Origin: an uncultured delta proteobacterium
GTDB lineage: Bacteria; Desulfobacterota; Binatia; UBA9968
Direction of reading: 5' to 3'
Length of the DNA stretch: 64,000 nt
Assembly: GCA_963840855.1 (NCBI GenBank)
Contig: CAWJBB010000007.1
Location: 36,559 to 100,558 of the forward strand
In this document: positions 19,885 to 29,852 of the stretch, in pieces
Layout of the letters: each line of letters starts with the position of its first letter
Position numbering within the stretch: position 1 is the first letter of the stretch
Made by a program: the position numbers and the translations under genes
Notes under the pieces: generated by a model
The model's database searches: none
What the model was told of the DNA's origin: nothing
The model's input: the letters and a program-made list of their open reading frames with translations, nothing else

Positions 19885-20511
19885 TTAGGAAATGGCAAGG
19901 TTTGGATGGAGCCTGGGAAGTTCCTCACTCAAGAATTTAAAATCAGTCGAAAACAAATTGTATCCTGGCAAATCTGTCAACGGTACGAAGCGTATTTCCT
20001 TAATTTCAGGCGAACAAGGTTTGAAGTCGCCGAGACTCAAAGCTTTTCTCAAGGCGGCAAACCCCTCAACTGGAACGCAGCGAAAATAAAAGTCCAGCCT
20101 GTAAGGGCCGGGTTCTTCCGCGACATAGGGAATAGCGTCGATACGAAGGAGTCTGATCACGCTTATTTCGATGCCGAGTTCCTCCGATATTTCACGGCGT
20201 AGCGCGGATTCAATCACATTGTCCGGTAAATTGTCATTGCTTGGCTGCTTCGGGTCTCCGGGAGTCGATTCGAGGGATCCCCCCGGCAGACCCCATGCAC
20301 CCCTTGGCCGATAACTATGCTCAACCAGAAGTATTTCAGGAGGCGCGGTGCTCTCGTCGATCATGACGGCAACCGCTCCGACCAGCCAGTTCCGGGAGAG
20401 CAATCCCTTCAAAAACCCGGCCAGCCGCGGCGGAAACAGCCGCCAAACGAGCAAAGTCAACCGATGAAGATTGGGGCGGTGTTCTATGAAACGCGTGAGT
20501 CGAGTCCACAT
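19885..20511 (-). CDS. NUDIX hydrolase
   Basis: ILLVEHSY, WGLPGG, ALRREISEELG. Confidence 0.85.
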   Translation of the reverse strand: MWTRLTRFIEHRPNLHRLTLLVWRLFPPRLAGFLKGLLSRNWLVGAVAVMIDESTAPPEILLVEHSYRPRGAWGLPGGSLESTPGDPKQPSNDNLPDNVIESALRREISEELGIEISVIRLLRIDAIPYVAEEPGPYRLDFYFRCVPVEGFAALRKALSLGDFKPCSPEIKEIRFVPLTDLPGYNLFSTDFKFLSEELPRLHPNLAIS

Positions 20512-20596
20512 GCTTGTTTCTCTACTATAGGGACATTAGGAGTACAATAATCCGTTCCTTCGTTGTAAACTTATCGAAGAATTCCGGAGGGGTTTA

Positions 20597-21151
20597 ATGG
20601 ACGGGGTGAAATGCTTTCTGGCGGGACGTGTTGTCGTTAAGGTGGGGGACATCACCAAGGAACAAGCCGATGCTATCGTCAATGCGGCGAATGGTTCCTT
20701 GTTGGGTGGGGGCGGCGTCGATGGCGCCATTCACCGGGCGGGCGGCCCGGCTATCTTAGAGGCATGCAAAGAAATTCGCCGCGTCGACTATCCCGGCGGC
20801 TTGCCCACGGGACAGGCGGTGGTGACCACGGCGGGAAGGATGGCGGCAAAGCATGTGATCCACACGGTGGGGCCGGTTTACGGCCGCGGCGGTGCCGACA
20901 AGGCTGAATTACTGACTGCCTGCTATCGAAATTCGTTGAGACTGGCAGCGCAGAAGAGGCTTAAGACCATCGTATTCCCGGCGATCTCCACGGGAGTTTA
21001 TGGCTATCCGCTGGACGAGGCGGCACGCGTGTCATCAGGAGCTATTGAAGCGTTTCTCAAGGCCGACAAATCGATCCAAGAAGTCCGGCTGGTTTTCTTC
21101 AGCCAGTCGGATGTGGATATCTTCTTGCAGCACCAGGCGTTTTCGGAATAG
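20597..21151 (+). CDS. Macro-domain O-acetyl-ADP-ribose deacetylase (YmdB-like)
   Basis: GDIT, AIVNAAN, GGGGVDGAIHRAGG, VIHTVGP, FPAISTGVYGYP. Confidence 0.95.
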   Translation: MDGVKCFLAGRVVVKVGDITKEQADAIVNAANGSLLGGGGVDGAIHRAGGPAILEACKEIRRVDYPGGLPTGQAVVTTAGRMAAKHVIHTVGPVYGRGGADKAELLTACYRNSLRLAAQKRLKTIVFPAISTGVYGYPLDEAARVSSGAIEAFLKADKSIQEVRLVFFSQSDVDIFLQHQAFSE

Positions 21152-21200
21152 AAGGAGGCGGGAGGCAACAGGCTAGAGGCGTAAGGGTGCAAGGCAATAG
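21152..21200. repeat. 7-nt-period AGGC(N3) array
   Basis: ggaggcgggaggcaacaggctagaggcgtaagggtgcaaggcaatag. Confidence 0.6.
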
Positions 21201-21221
21201 AGCGCTCAACCCGCGGCGGCC

Positions 21222-22655
21222 ATGAGTAGAATGAACGGATCCATAAAACCCACAAGAATCGGCATCGAGGGGGTATTTTATTCGCTGGCGCATGCGCCGG
21301 ATTTGGTTCGGTTTGGCTCGAAACCGGCACGCGAAATTGCCGCCCATCCCGAGCTTGGGGAAGCGCTCAAAAGCAAGCTCAGAAGTTTCAGTGCCGCCGT
21401 GGCTTATGCGCCGCATCAAGTTTACATCGGCAACATCACGCCGAACGAACTGAGCGGCTTGCCGATGCCGTGGTACGAAAAGCTAATTGAAGGCGCTACG
21501 GCACAGGGGCTCTTCGGCGACCTCGTAGACCAGAAAGTGTTTTATTCCATGCTCCTCGCAGCGGATCAATTCGAGCTGGTAACGCTGGAAGAAGAATGGT
21601 TTAACGATCGCGGCCCGGTCCGGCGCAACGGCCGCAAAGCGCGAGTCCAGCCGCTCGCAGGCATCCACGCCCTGTGTGACAAAGGCGCGCTGCCGCTTTA
21701 CTCGGGTGCTAGGCTCACCGGCGCTTTCGCGGCGGCGCATGCGGAGGACGCCAATCTCAGCGCCGATGTCTTGCTGGAAAATCTCGCTGCGAAAGCAAGC
21801 GGGGCGCATGCTCTACGGTCGCTGCTCGCTGGTATGCGAACCAATCCATCCGATATCGACTACGTGATCAGTTGCTCGGAAGAAGCGGTGGGTGACCGTT
21901 ATAACCGGGGCGGTGGCAATCTGGCCAAAGCGATCGCCGAAGAGGCCGGCTGCGAAAACGCCGGCGGCTCAGATACCAAGGCGTTTTGCGCTGGCCCGCT
22001 CTACGCGATGGTTCATGGCGCAAGTCTCATTCAATCCGGAGTTTGCCGCAAAGTCGCCGTTGTCGCCGGCGGATCGCTTGCGAAGCTTGGGATGAAATTC
22101 GAATCGCATCTCAAAAACGGCATGCCGGTGCTGGAAGATGTTCTCGGCAGCTTCGCCGTGGTTCTCGGTCCGCCAAAGAATGGAGAACCCTGCATGCGCC
22201 TCGACTCCGCGGCGTTTCATCCCGTGCGTGCGGGCGCTTCACCGCAGGCGATGGCCGAGTTCTTGGCGGAAAAGCCGTTGGCCAAGCTCGACATGAAATT
22301 AACCGACGTGGACCGCTACGGCGTTGAGTTGCATAATCCCGAAATCACGGTGCCGTCAGGCAGCGGGGACGTGCCCCTGACTAATTATCGGACACTGGCG
22401 GCGCTGGCGGTGATGCGGGGACAGATTCAAAAAAATCAGATGGCGGATTTCGTCAAATCGCGCGGCATGGTCGGTTATGCGCCGACCCAGGGACATATTC
22501 CCTCGGCGATCGTTTATCTGGGCCACGCGCTGAATGCCTTGCGCAGGGGAGAAATTAAAAACGTATTGTTGATTGCTAAAGGAAGTCTCTTCCTCGGCCG
22601 CATGACCCAGTTGTCGGACGGCTGCTCTTTTCTAGTTGAGATGAACGGAAATTGA
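21222..22655 (+). CDS. grdC: Glycine/sarcosine/betaine reductase component C beta subunit (GrdC-like, FabH-like fold)
   Basis: [76 protein letters not shown]. Confidence 0.9.
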   Translation: MSRMNGSIKPTRIGIEGVFYSLAHAPDLVRFGSKPAREIAAHPELGEALKSKLRSFSAAVAYAPHQVYIGNITPNELSGLPMPWYEKLIEGATAQGLFGDLVDQKVFYSMLLAADQFELVTLEEEWFNDRGPVRRNGRKARVQPLAGIHALCDKGALPLYSGARLTGAFAAAHAEDANLSADVLLENLAAKASGAHALRSLLAGMRTNPSDIDYVISCSEEAVGDRYNRGGGNLAKAIAEEAGCENAGGSDTKAFCAGPLYAMVHGASLIQSGVCRKVAVVAGGSLAKLGMKFESHLKNGMPVLEDVLGSFAVVLGPPKNGEPCMRLDSAAFHPVRAGASPQAMAEFLAEKPLAKLDMKLTDVDRYGVELHNPEITVPSGSGDVPLTNYRTLAALAVMRGQIQKNQMADFVKSRGMVGYAPTQGHIPSAIVYLGHALNALRRGEIKNVLLIAKGSLFLGRMTQLSDGCSFLVEMNGN

Positions 22656-22666
22656 TCGGAGGAGCG

Positions 22667-23122
22667 ATGCTATCAGGTAAAAAGGTTATCGCCATCGGTG
22701 AAAGGGACGGCGTCCCGGGACCCGTGATTGCAGAGTGCCTCGAAGGCGCGGGGCTGGAGGTCGTCTTTCAGGTGACTGAGTGCTTTGTCTGAACCGCCGC
22801 GGGCGCGATGAACTTCGAGAACCAAGGAGTCATCAAGCGCCTGGCGGACCAGTATGGTTCGGAGAATCTAGCGGTGGTCCTGGGCAACGGCGAAGCCAAC
22901 GGCGTCGAGGTTTTCGCCGAGACTGTGACGCAGGGCGACCCCAGCTACGCCGGCCCGCTGGCGGGCGTAGCGTTAAAAATTCCCGTGTATCACGTCCTGG
23001 AAGAGGAAGTATTGAGCGCGCTGCCGGACAATCTGCGCGAGGAAAAGCTCCAGCTGTCGTCATTGGTCATCGACGTGGGGCCGATGCATCAGGTACTAAA
23101 AACGGCGAGAGAAAAACTCTAA
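22667..23122 (+). CDS. grdA: Glycine reductase selenoprotein A; in-frame UGA (22790-22792) read as Sec42, 151 aa
   Basis: RBS GGAGGAG; [61 protein letters not shown], all in one frame. Confidence 0.93.
22794..22847 (+). promoter_or_regulatory. Bacterial SECIS-like hairpin 3' of the Sec codon
   Basis: CCGCC/GGCGG, GGCGC/GCGCC, GATG/CATC and ACTTC/GGAGT stems; loop GAGAACCAA begins with G 25 nt after UGA. Confidence 0.7.
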
Positions 23123-23190
23123 GTTCAAAGTTCAACGTTCAATGGAAGATTCCGAAGTGACTTTGAACCTGAAACATTGAACTTCGAACC
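23122..23190. repeat. 7-nt-period GTTCAA inverted array between convergent genes
   Basis: agttcaaagttcaacgttcaatg ... ctttgaacctgaaacattgaacttcgaacc. Confidence 0.82.
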
Positions 23191-23194
23191 GCTG

Positions 23195-24196
23195 TTATCT
23201 TTTATAGAGCCCTTTAATGAACCCGGAGTCCTCTAATTCTTTAATGAAGCGCGTGTCGATATAATCCTTCACTTTGGCGTGGCCGGCTTTGGGATTTTTT
23301 TCCGCCATATCCTGAAGAACCAATTGGTAGCCGTCCGCCGGCGGATAAGGCGCGTCGGGCATGCACTTGGCGTGCCAGTCCCAAGCGTCTTCGAGCACTC
23401 GGCGGTCCTCGACCCGTGAATACTTTCTCATGACCTTGAGCGTTTCTTCCTTGTGCGTTTTGTAGAAATGAATCGCTTCGGTGTAGGCGCGCAGGTAGCG
23501 GCGCACCAGGTCCGGGTTCTCGCGGATCAGCTTCGTCGAAGTATAGATGCCGTTCTGGGGAAAAGGAATTTGCAGCGTCACCATGTCCACGACGGTCGGA
23601 TACCCTAATCTCTCGGCCTGGGCTTTCCCTGCCTCGGTGACCACGGTAAATTGCACGATGCCCTTTTGCAGCGCGACCATGCGCTCGATGGCGCCCCCGA
23701 TCACGCGCAAACTCACATCCTTCAGCGGGTCGAGACCGATTCGTTTCAGACCGACTTTGAGGGCGAACTCCGCGGTGGTTCCGGCAATGTGCGTGCCGCC
23801 GATTTTTCCTTTGAGATCTTCGTGTCTCTTGATGCTTGGGTGCGAAACCAGATAATACGGCAACACGTTCACGTTGCCGGCGACGGCAACCACATCGCCG
23901 CCGGCGAGCCGCGCGCTTGCCAACCCTGGCCCGCCCCCTTCACCGATGGGAATTTCTCCCGCCAGGATTGCCTGAATGCCTCGGACGCTGCCCGAGATAA
24001 ATATCACAGTGGCGTCGATGCCATGTTTATCGAAGATGCGCGTGTCCTTCGCCACCTGAATCACGGTAGAGGTTCCTGGAGTCGTGGAAATATATGCGGT
24101 GTTGATTTTTTGAGCCGTGGCCGGTTCAGGCGCCGAAATTGCGCCAATAAAAGTCACCGGCATCAAGAAAACAAGAAGTCGTGAAGTGCATCGCAT
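23195..24196 (-). CDS. ABC transporter substrate-binding protein (SsuA/NMT1 type)
   Basis: Signal peptide, FDKHGID, DLKGKIGG, ENPDLVRRYLRA, DTRFIKEL..SGFI. Confidence 0.88.
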   Translation of the reverse strand: MRCTSRLLVFLMPVTFIGAISAPEPATAQKINTAYISTTPGTSTVIQVAKDTRIFDKHGIDATVIFISGSVRGIQAILAGEIPIGEGGGPGLASARLAGGDVVAVAGNVNVLPYYLVSHPSIKRHEDLKGKIGGTHIAGTTAEFALKVGLKRIGLDPLKDVSLRVIGGAIERMVALQKGIVQFTVVTEAGKAQAERLGYPTVVDMVTLQIPFPQNGIYTSTKLIRENPDLVRRYLRAYTEAIHFYKTHKEETLKVMRKYSRVEDRRVLEDAWDWHAKCMPDAPYPPADGYQLVLQDMAEKNPKAGHAKVKDYIDTRFIKELEDSGFIKGLYKR

Positions 24197-24330
24197 GCCT
24201 TACCTCCGGCGCGTCCTATCCTGACGGCCCTTATTTAATCTCGCAGGCTACACTACTTGATGGCTCTTGGGTAACGAAATCTTCCAGTCGCGTTGACTTC
24301 GGCGCTGTTTTCAACTTCAATTGCCTCGAA

Positions 24331-24978
24331 ATGAAAAAGCCCATCGACCTCGTGATGTTCGATCTGGACGGCACCTTGGCGGACACCGGGCGGGATCTCG
24401 CGGACGCGGTTAACTTTACCCGCGCTCACTTCGATCTGCCCAACTTGCCGCATGCCACGGTGCTGGCTCATGTCGGGCGCGGCGTGGAGCACCTGCTTAG
24501 ACAGGCTCTTCCCGAAGAAAATCCGCATCACTTCGAAGACGTTCTACGCGTGTTTCTCCGGCGCTATGAAGATCACCTGCTGGACGCCACTGTGCTGTAT
24601 CCCAATGTTCGTGAAACGCTGGAGTATTTTCGCGAAAAGCGGCGGGCTGTGGTGAGCAACAAAATGCGCCGGCTTACGGTTGCGGTGCTGCGCGGCTTGG
24701 GAGTCGAGAAATTTTTTGACATGATCTTGGGAGGGGACAGCGCGCCGGAAAAAAAACCCGCTCCCGCGCTCTTGCATCGGGCGCTGGTGCGCTTCGCGGT
24801 GCCGGCCGAGCGCGCTCTGATGATCGGCGACGGCGATATCGACATCGAAGCCGGCAAACAGGCCGGCGTGGTAACTTGCGGCGTGACCTACGGCTTGGGC
24901 CGAAAAGAAGATATCATTGCGGCGGCACCGGACTTTATTATCGATAGTCTATCCGAACTCGAAGGTCATATTTGCTAG
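24331..24978 (+). CDS. Phosphoglycolate phosphatase-like HAD hydrolase
   Basis: FDLDGTLADT, SNK, KKPAP, MIGDGDIDIEAGKQAG. Confidence 0.9.
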   Translation: MKKPIDLVMFDLDGTLADTGRDLADAVNFTRAHFDLPNLPHATVLAHVGRGVEHLLRQALPEENPHHFEDVLRVFLRRYEDHLLDATVLYPNVRETLEYFREKRRAVVSNKMRRLTVAVLRGLGVEKFFDMILGGDSAPEKKPAPALLHRALVRFAVPAERALMIGDGDIDIEAGKQAGVVTCGVTYGLGRKEDIIAAAPDFIIDSLSELEGHIC

Positions 24979-25007
24979 ACCGACGTATTACCTAGAGGAG
25001 GTTTGTC

Positions 25008-25406
25008 ATGGCAGGCGCAATTTCCGATCAATTCAAAGACCTTTTTTCGAAGGTGGCCTTCGCCCAGCTGGCCACGTTGATGCCCGATGGAAGCCCTCAA
25101 GTCACGCCCGTTTGGTGCGACTTCGACGGCACCAACGTGCGGGTCAACTCGGCCAAGGGCCGTGTCAAAGACAAGAACATGCGACGCGACAAGAAAGTCG
25201 CGCTTTCGGTGCAGGACCCCGAAAACCCATACCGTTATCTCGCCATGCGCGGCGAGGTCGTGGAGATCACCGAGGAAGGCGCGGACGCGCACATCGATGC
25301 GCTGGCCAAAAAATACCTGGGTAAAGACAAGTATCCGTTTCGCGGGCCGGGGGAAGTTCGCGTGATTTACAAGATCAGACCGGTAAACGTTCACACGATG
25401 GGGTAA
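25008..25406 (+). CDS. PPOX-class putative F420-dependent oxidoreductase
   Basis: LATLMPDGSPQVTPVW, GRVKDKNMRRD, DPENPYRY. Confidence 0.9.
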   Translation: MAGAISDQFKDLFSKVAFAQLATLMPDGSPQVTPVWCDFDGTNVRVNSAKGRVKDKNMRRDKKVALSVQDPENPYRYLAMRGEVVEITEEGADAHIDALAKKYLGKDKYPFRGPGEVRVIYKIRPVNVHTMG

Positions 25407-25570
25407 AACCTTGGACCGTTCAAGTCGTTGCAAACGTTTTAAACCCAGTTCGAGAACCGGCTCCGCTTCCGGTTGCCTGACGGCGATTTACTTTTGTATT
25501 GCTGCGTAAGTTTTGAGCCTGACTGCGGAACTTTGAGCCGTCAACTCGGAACCGCGTAAATACGCCGGCC

Positions 25571-27004
25571 TTAGCGCGCCTCCAAATAATCCGCGGCAGC
25601 TTCGGCAGCAGCGGCGTCGTTGCCGTTAAACTTGTTCAGCGCGGCGAGAGCGGCGACTTTGTAACATTCCGCCAGGGTCGGGTAGTTGAAGACGTTATCC
25701 ACGAAATAATCGAGCTTGCCGTGGTGAGCCATGACCGCCTGACCGATGTGAATCAGCTCGGTGGCCCCTTCCCCGATACCATGCACGCCCAAAAGCTCCC
25801 GCGTCTGGCTGTGAAACAGCAGCTTTAGCATGCCCACGGTATCGCCGATCAACTGTCCCCTGGCGATCTCGCGATAACGCGCAATGCCCGCTTCATAGGG
25901 CACGCCGTCGCGAGTCAGCTCCTCTTCGTTGCGCCCGACCATCGAGATTTCCGGAATGCTGTAGATGCCATATGGTAGTAGATGATTGGTGGTTTCGCAG
26001 CGAATGCTGAAGGCGTGGCAGGCCGCGTGCCGCCCCTGCTGCATGGAAGTCGACGCAAGCGACGGAAAACCGATCACGTCGCCGACGGCGTAAATATGCG
26101 GCAGAGCCGTTTGATAGTTTTCGTTAACCGTGATCCGCCCGCGCTCGTCGGGCTCGATGCCGATGCCTTCCAGGCCGAGTTCTTTGGTGGCGCCGACGCG
26201 TCCGATCGAATAAAGCAGCAACGGCGCGCGAATCTGCTTGCCGCTTTTTAGTTTGACCGTCGCGGACTTGTCCGCCGACTTTTCCACCCCCACTACTTCC
26301 TCGTTGAACCTGAGGGTCACGCCGATCTGGCGCATCTGATACTGCAATGCCTCGATGATCTCGGTGTCCACGAACTCCAGCAGGCGCGGGCGTCGTTCCA
26401 CGAGCACGACAGGGATGCCGAGGGTTGCCAGGATGCAGGCGTATTCACAGCCGATGACGCCGCCGCCGACGATGGTCAATGATTTCGGCAACTGCTTGAG
26501 GGTCAGCAAGCAGTCGCTGTCGATCACCGTCTCGCCGTCGAAGGGGATATCCGCGGGATGGGCTGGCTCGGTGCCGCAGGCGATGACGATATGGTCTGCG
26601 GTAAATTCCTCCTGGGTCGTCCCATGCCGAATGCTGAGCCGGTGCGGCGCGACGAAGGCCGCAGCCCCTTTGATGAAGTCGACGTGATTGCGCGCCAGTT
26701 GGTGCTGGATGATCTCCTGCTCCGCCTTGATCACGTGTTGGCAGCGTAACGAAAGATCTTCGAGGGTGACGTCCGATTTGACCCGGAAGCTCGCGCCGTA
26801 GACATTGCGCTGGCGAAATCCGGAAAGAAACATTACCGCTTCGCGGAGAGACTTGCTCGGAATAGTGCCGGTGTTGATGCAGATGCCGCCGACGACTTCG
26901 CGCCGCTCCATAATACCGGCCTTTTTGCCGGCTTTTGCCGCCTGGATTGCGGCCTTCTGCCCGGCGGGGCCGGAACCGATCACAAGCATGTCATAGTGGG
27001 TCAT
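25571..27004 (-). CDS. sthA: Soluble (Si-specific) NAD(P)+ transhydrogenase
   Basis: YDMLVIGSGPAGQKAA, GTIPSKSLRE, VIGFPSLASTSMQQGR, FNYPTLAECYK; start 27004 or 27028. Confidence 0.93.
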   Translation of the reverse strand: MTHYDMLVIGSGPAGQKAAIQAAKAGKKAGIMERREVVGGICINTGTIPSKSLREAVMFLSGFRQRNVYGASFRVKSDVTLEDLSLRCQHVIKAEQEIIQHQLARNHVDFIKGAAAFVAPHRLSIRHGTTQEEFTADHIVIACGTEPAHPADIPFDGETVIDSDCLLTLKQLPKSLTIVGGGVIGCEYACILATLGIPVVLVERRPRLLEFVDTEIIEALQYQMRQIGVTLRFNEEVVGVEKSADKSATVKLKSGKQIRAPLLLYSIGRVGATKELGLEGIGIEPDERGRITVNENYQTALPHIYAVGDVIGFPSLASTSMQQGRHAACHAFSIRCETTNHLLPYGIYSIPEISMVGRNEEELTRDGVPYEAGIARYREIARGQLIGDTVGMLKLLFHSQTRELLGVHGIGEGATELIHIGQAVMAHHGKLDYFVDNVFNYPTLAECYKVAALAALNKFNGNDAAAAEAAADYLEAR

Positions 27005-27454
27005 GGCACGCTCCTTGTCCCTCGTCATCGAGTTTTATCTTGCCGCGCGTCATCCGGGCCGTGCTTTCTCTGTTTAATGTCTGGAAGTTGAACGCAAACC
27101 ACAAACGATTCCTGATGACTCGTTGTAAAGGTGAGATCGGCAGCTTTCAGGACATCTTCAGCGATTGAGCTACAATCTGCGCCTTTCGGAGCATTCTTCT
27201 TGCCAAAAACATCCTGATTGCGCCGCATTAGCACTTACGTGAATAAGGGCGTCAAAATTCCGACGTTCTGTATGGCTCGATCGCGCAGAACGCCGGCGCG
27301 TGACCCGCGGGACTTTTTCGTCCGCCGGGGGTCAATTTTCCCCGCCGTGCGCACCGGTTACATCGCTTGAGACTGTAACTCAAGGCTGACGGAATCGCCA
27401 ACAAAAAGAAACCAAGGAATGTTAAGAGAATGTGAAACGATGAAGCGGCCGCGC

Positions 27455-28135
27455 TCAAGCGGCGCCGGGCGCCAGGCGCTGCTCCAACGTTCGCGCGTAG
27501 CGCGACATGCCGTAGCTGCACAACCAGTAAATCACGGCGATAAACAGGTAAAGTTCGAACGGGCGAATCTCACGATTATTGACGATCTGCGCCGCCTTGG
27601 TCAGATCGACGTAGCCGATGATCGACGCCAGCGAGGTGTCCTTGAGCAACACGATGAATTGCGTCACCAGGGCAGGGATCATGTTGCGCAATGCCTGGGG
27701 CAGCACGACGTAGCGCATCATTCGCTGGTGACTCAAACCTGTGGCGATGGCGGCTTCGACCTGACCGCGGGGCACCGATTGGATGCCGGCGCGGACGATT
27801 TCGCCGAGGTAAGCGGCTTCGAAGACGACAAAGGCCGTGAGCGCGACGCTGTATTCCGGCAAAGACTTGCCGATCAGCACCGGAATGATGAACCAGAACC
27901 AGAAAATCACCATGACCAGCGGCACGCCGCGGAAAAACTCTACGTAGATCGTTGCGGGATAGTTGACCCAGCGGGAGCGGGCAAGGCGGCCAAGGCCGAC
28001 AAAAATTCCTAAAATGAATCCAAGGATGATTGCCGGAACGGCAAGGCGCAAGGTGCCGCCTACGAAGCCGCCGATTCCCAGGAACCCCTGAAAGATTAAG
28101 AACGTGAAGTTGTTCGTGATGACCTGAAGGTCCAT
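27455..28135 (-). CDS. Polar amino-acid ABC transporter permease
   Basis: YVEFFRGVPL, EIVRAGIQS..GQVEAA, LKDTSL. Confidence 0.92.
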   Translation of the reverse strand: MDLQVITNNFTFLIFQGFLGIGGFVGGTLRLAVPAIILGFILGIFVGLGRLARSRWVNYPATIYVEFFRGVPLVMVIFWFWFIIPVLIGKSLPEYSVALTAFVVFEAAYLGEIVRAGIQSVPRGQVEAAIATGLSHQRMMRYVVLPQALRNMIPALVTQFIVLLKDTSLASIIGYVDLTKAAQIVNNREIRPFELYLFIAVIYWLCSYGMSRYARTLEQRLAPGAA

Positions 28136-28142
28136 CGTGCCC

Positions 28143-28868
28143 TCAGGAAATGCCGGCGCTGCTCTTGGCGATCATGCCAGGGATCGCGTAGCGCCGCTCC
28201 ACGCGCGCCATCACGAAGGCGATGGCGAGACAGAGGATGAGATAGATGAGCGTTCCCGCCGTGAGCGCTTCAAAGGCCTTGGCCGTGTAGGTTTCAATCT
28301 GGCGTGTTTGAAAGGTCAGCTCCGCCACGCCGATGGTCAGCGCCACAGAAGAATTCTTCAACAAATTGAGCGATTCGTTGGTCGCCGGCGGTATGATCAA
28401 GCGCAACGCAACGGGAAGAATGATGTAGCAATAAGATTGCGCCACCGAGAGGCCGGTGGAGGCCGCCGCTTCGAACTGCGTCTTGGGAATCGATTGAATG
28501 CCCGAGCGGATCACCTCGGAGATACGCGCGCCGTGGTAGACCCCCAGCGCGCAGACTCCGGCCCAGAATTCCGCGCCGTGGTCGAAAAGCCAGTCCTGGG
28601 CAATTTGCGGCAGCAGGGGAGGGACGCCGAAATACCAAAAAAACATCCAGACGAGCAGCGGCACGTTGCGAAAGAACTCGACGTAAAACGTCGCGCACCA
28701 ACGCACGAGAGCGAACGGCACCGTGCGCAGCGCACCCGAAAGAATTCCCAAGCCCACCGCCAACAACCAGCTCAAAACCGATATCTGAAGCGTTTTGACA
28801 AACCCGAAGACCAACCAGGCGCCGGTTTGGCCGCTCCACAGGACGGACCAATCGAATTGGTAATTCAT
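28143..28868 (-). CDS. Polar amino-acid ABC transporter permease
   Basis: YVEFFRNVPLLV, EVIRSGIQSI..QFEAA, LKNSSV. Confidence 0.92.
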   Translation of the reverse strand: MNYQFDWSVLWSGQTGAWLVFGFVKTLQISVLSWLLAVGLGILSGALRTVPFALVRWCATFYVEFFRNVPLLVWMFFWYFGVPPLLPQIAQDWLFDHGAEFWAGVCALGVYHGARISEVIRSGIQSIPKTQFEAAASTGLSVAQSYCYIILPVALRLIIPPATNESLNLLKNSSVALTIGVAELTFQTRQIETYTAKAFEALTAGTLIYLILCLAIAFVMARVERRYAIPGMIAKSSAGIS

Positions 28869-28879
28869 TGTCGGGAAAA

Positions 28880-28977
28880 GTCTAGCGTCCAGTGCCTAGA
28901 GTCCCCGAGTTAACGCTTGTTGTTGCACCGCAGGTCGCCCGCTATGGAACCTGAGACCCGAGACGCTGGACTCTAAA
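28880..28977. repeat. Short-period GAGTCC/GGACTC-type inverted repeat
   Basis: tctagcgtccagtgcctagagtccccgag ... ctgagacccgagacgctggactctaaac. Confidence 0.55.
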
Positions 28978-28979
28978 CA

Positions 28980-29837
28980 TCATTTGGGCACCACCTGCAT
29001 CTGCAAAAACCGCTTTGTTTCCGGCGTGAGCGGGTAGGGGACTTCGCCCTTGGGACCGAACCACTTGTCGTAAAGCTCAAAATACTTGCCGGATTCGATG
29101 GCTTCCATCAGGCCGGTATTGACCATATGGCGAAAATCCGAATCGTTTTTCCGCATGGCCATACCGTAAGGTTCGTATGAAAAGAATTCCCCGGCGATCT
29201 GCCATTCATCCGGCTTCGGTGCTTTGGCTTTTAGACCGGCGAGCTGGATCCCATCGTTTGCATAAGCCTCCACTTGCTTCTGGGCCAGCGCTTGAAACGC
29301 CGCCGGCTGATCCGGAAACTCTACCAGCTTCGCATTCGGCGCGCGCTCGCGAATGATGCGCGCGTTGGTCGAGCCTTGTTGCGCGGCGACGCGTTTGCCG
29401 GCGATGGACTGGATGCCTTTGATAGGGCTGCCTTTGCGCACCAAGAACTGCGCCCCGGTGGCGAAGAAAGTCAGACTGAAATCGACGCTGTCGCGCCGCG
29501 CCCGCGTATCGGTCATGGTTTCAGCGATGAGGTCCACGGCGTTGGAGGTGAGCAGCGGGATGCGCGTCTGGGGCGTGGACTCTTTCTTCTCGAGTTTCAC
29601 TTGTTTGCCGACTTTCTTGGCTATGAGCGGCAAAATCGCTTGCTCCACCAGATCGATGGAGAAGCCCACCCATTCGTTATTTTTGTTGACGTATCCGAAG
29701 GGCGGCGAACCTGTGCGCGTGCCGATGGTCATGGTGCCAGTCTTTTCGATCTTCTCCAATGTCGTCTCCGCCGGTGTCGCCCGGGCGCAAAATGCGACGG
29801 CGGCGATGGCTAATAACGCGATTGCAAATGCCTTCAT
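28980..29837 (-). CDS. Polar amino-acid (Glu/Asp-like) ABC substrate-binding protein
   Basis: Signal peptide, PPFGY, RIPLL, MTDTRARRDSVDFS, EPYGMAMRK. Confidence 0.92.
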   Translation of the reverse strand: MKAFAIALLAIAAVAFCARATPAETTLEKIEKTGTMTIGTRTGSPPFGYVNKNNEWVGFSIDLVEQAILPLIAKKVGKQVKLEKKESTPQTRIPLLTSNAVDLIAETMTDTRARRDSVDFSLTFFATGAQFLVRKGSPIKGIQSIAGKRVAAQQGSTNARIIRERAPNAKLVEFPDQPAAFQALAQKQVEAYANDGIQLAGLKAKAPKPDEWQIAGEFFSYEPYGMAMRKNDSDFRHMVNTGLMEAIESGKYFELYDKWFGPKGEVPYPLTPETKRFLQMQVVPK

Positions 29838-29852
29838 GCGATTCCCCTTTAC

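Noticed and set aside
22780-23160. 126-aa ORF, and the 104-aa ORF from 22808 as a standalone gene
   Set aside because: The first is an off-frame shadow; the second is the C-terminal part of Sec-containing GrdA
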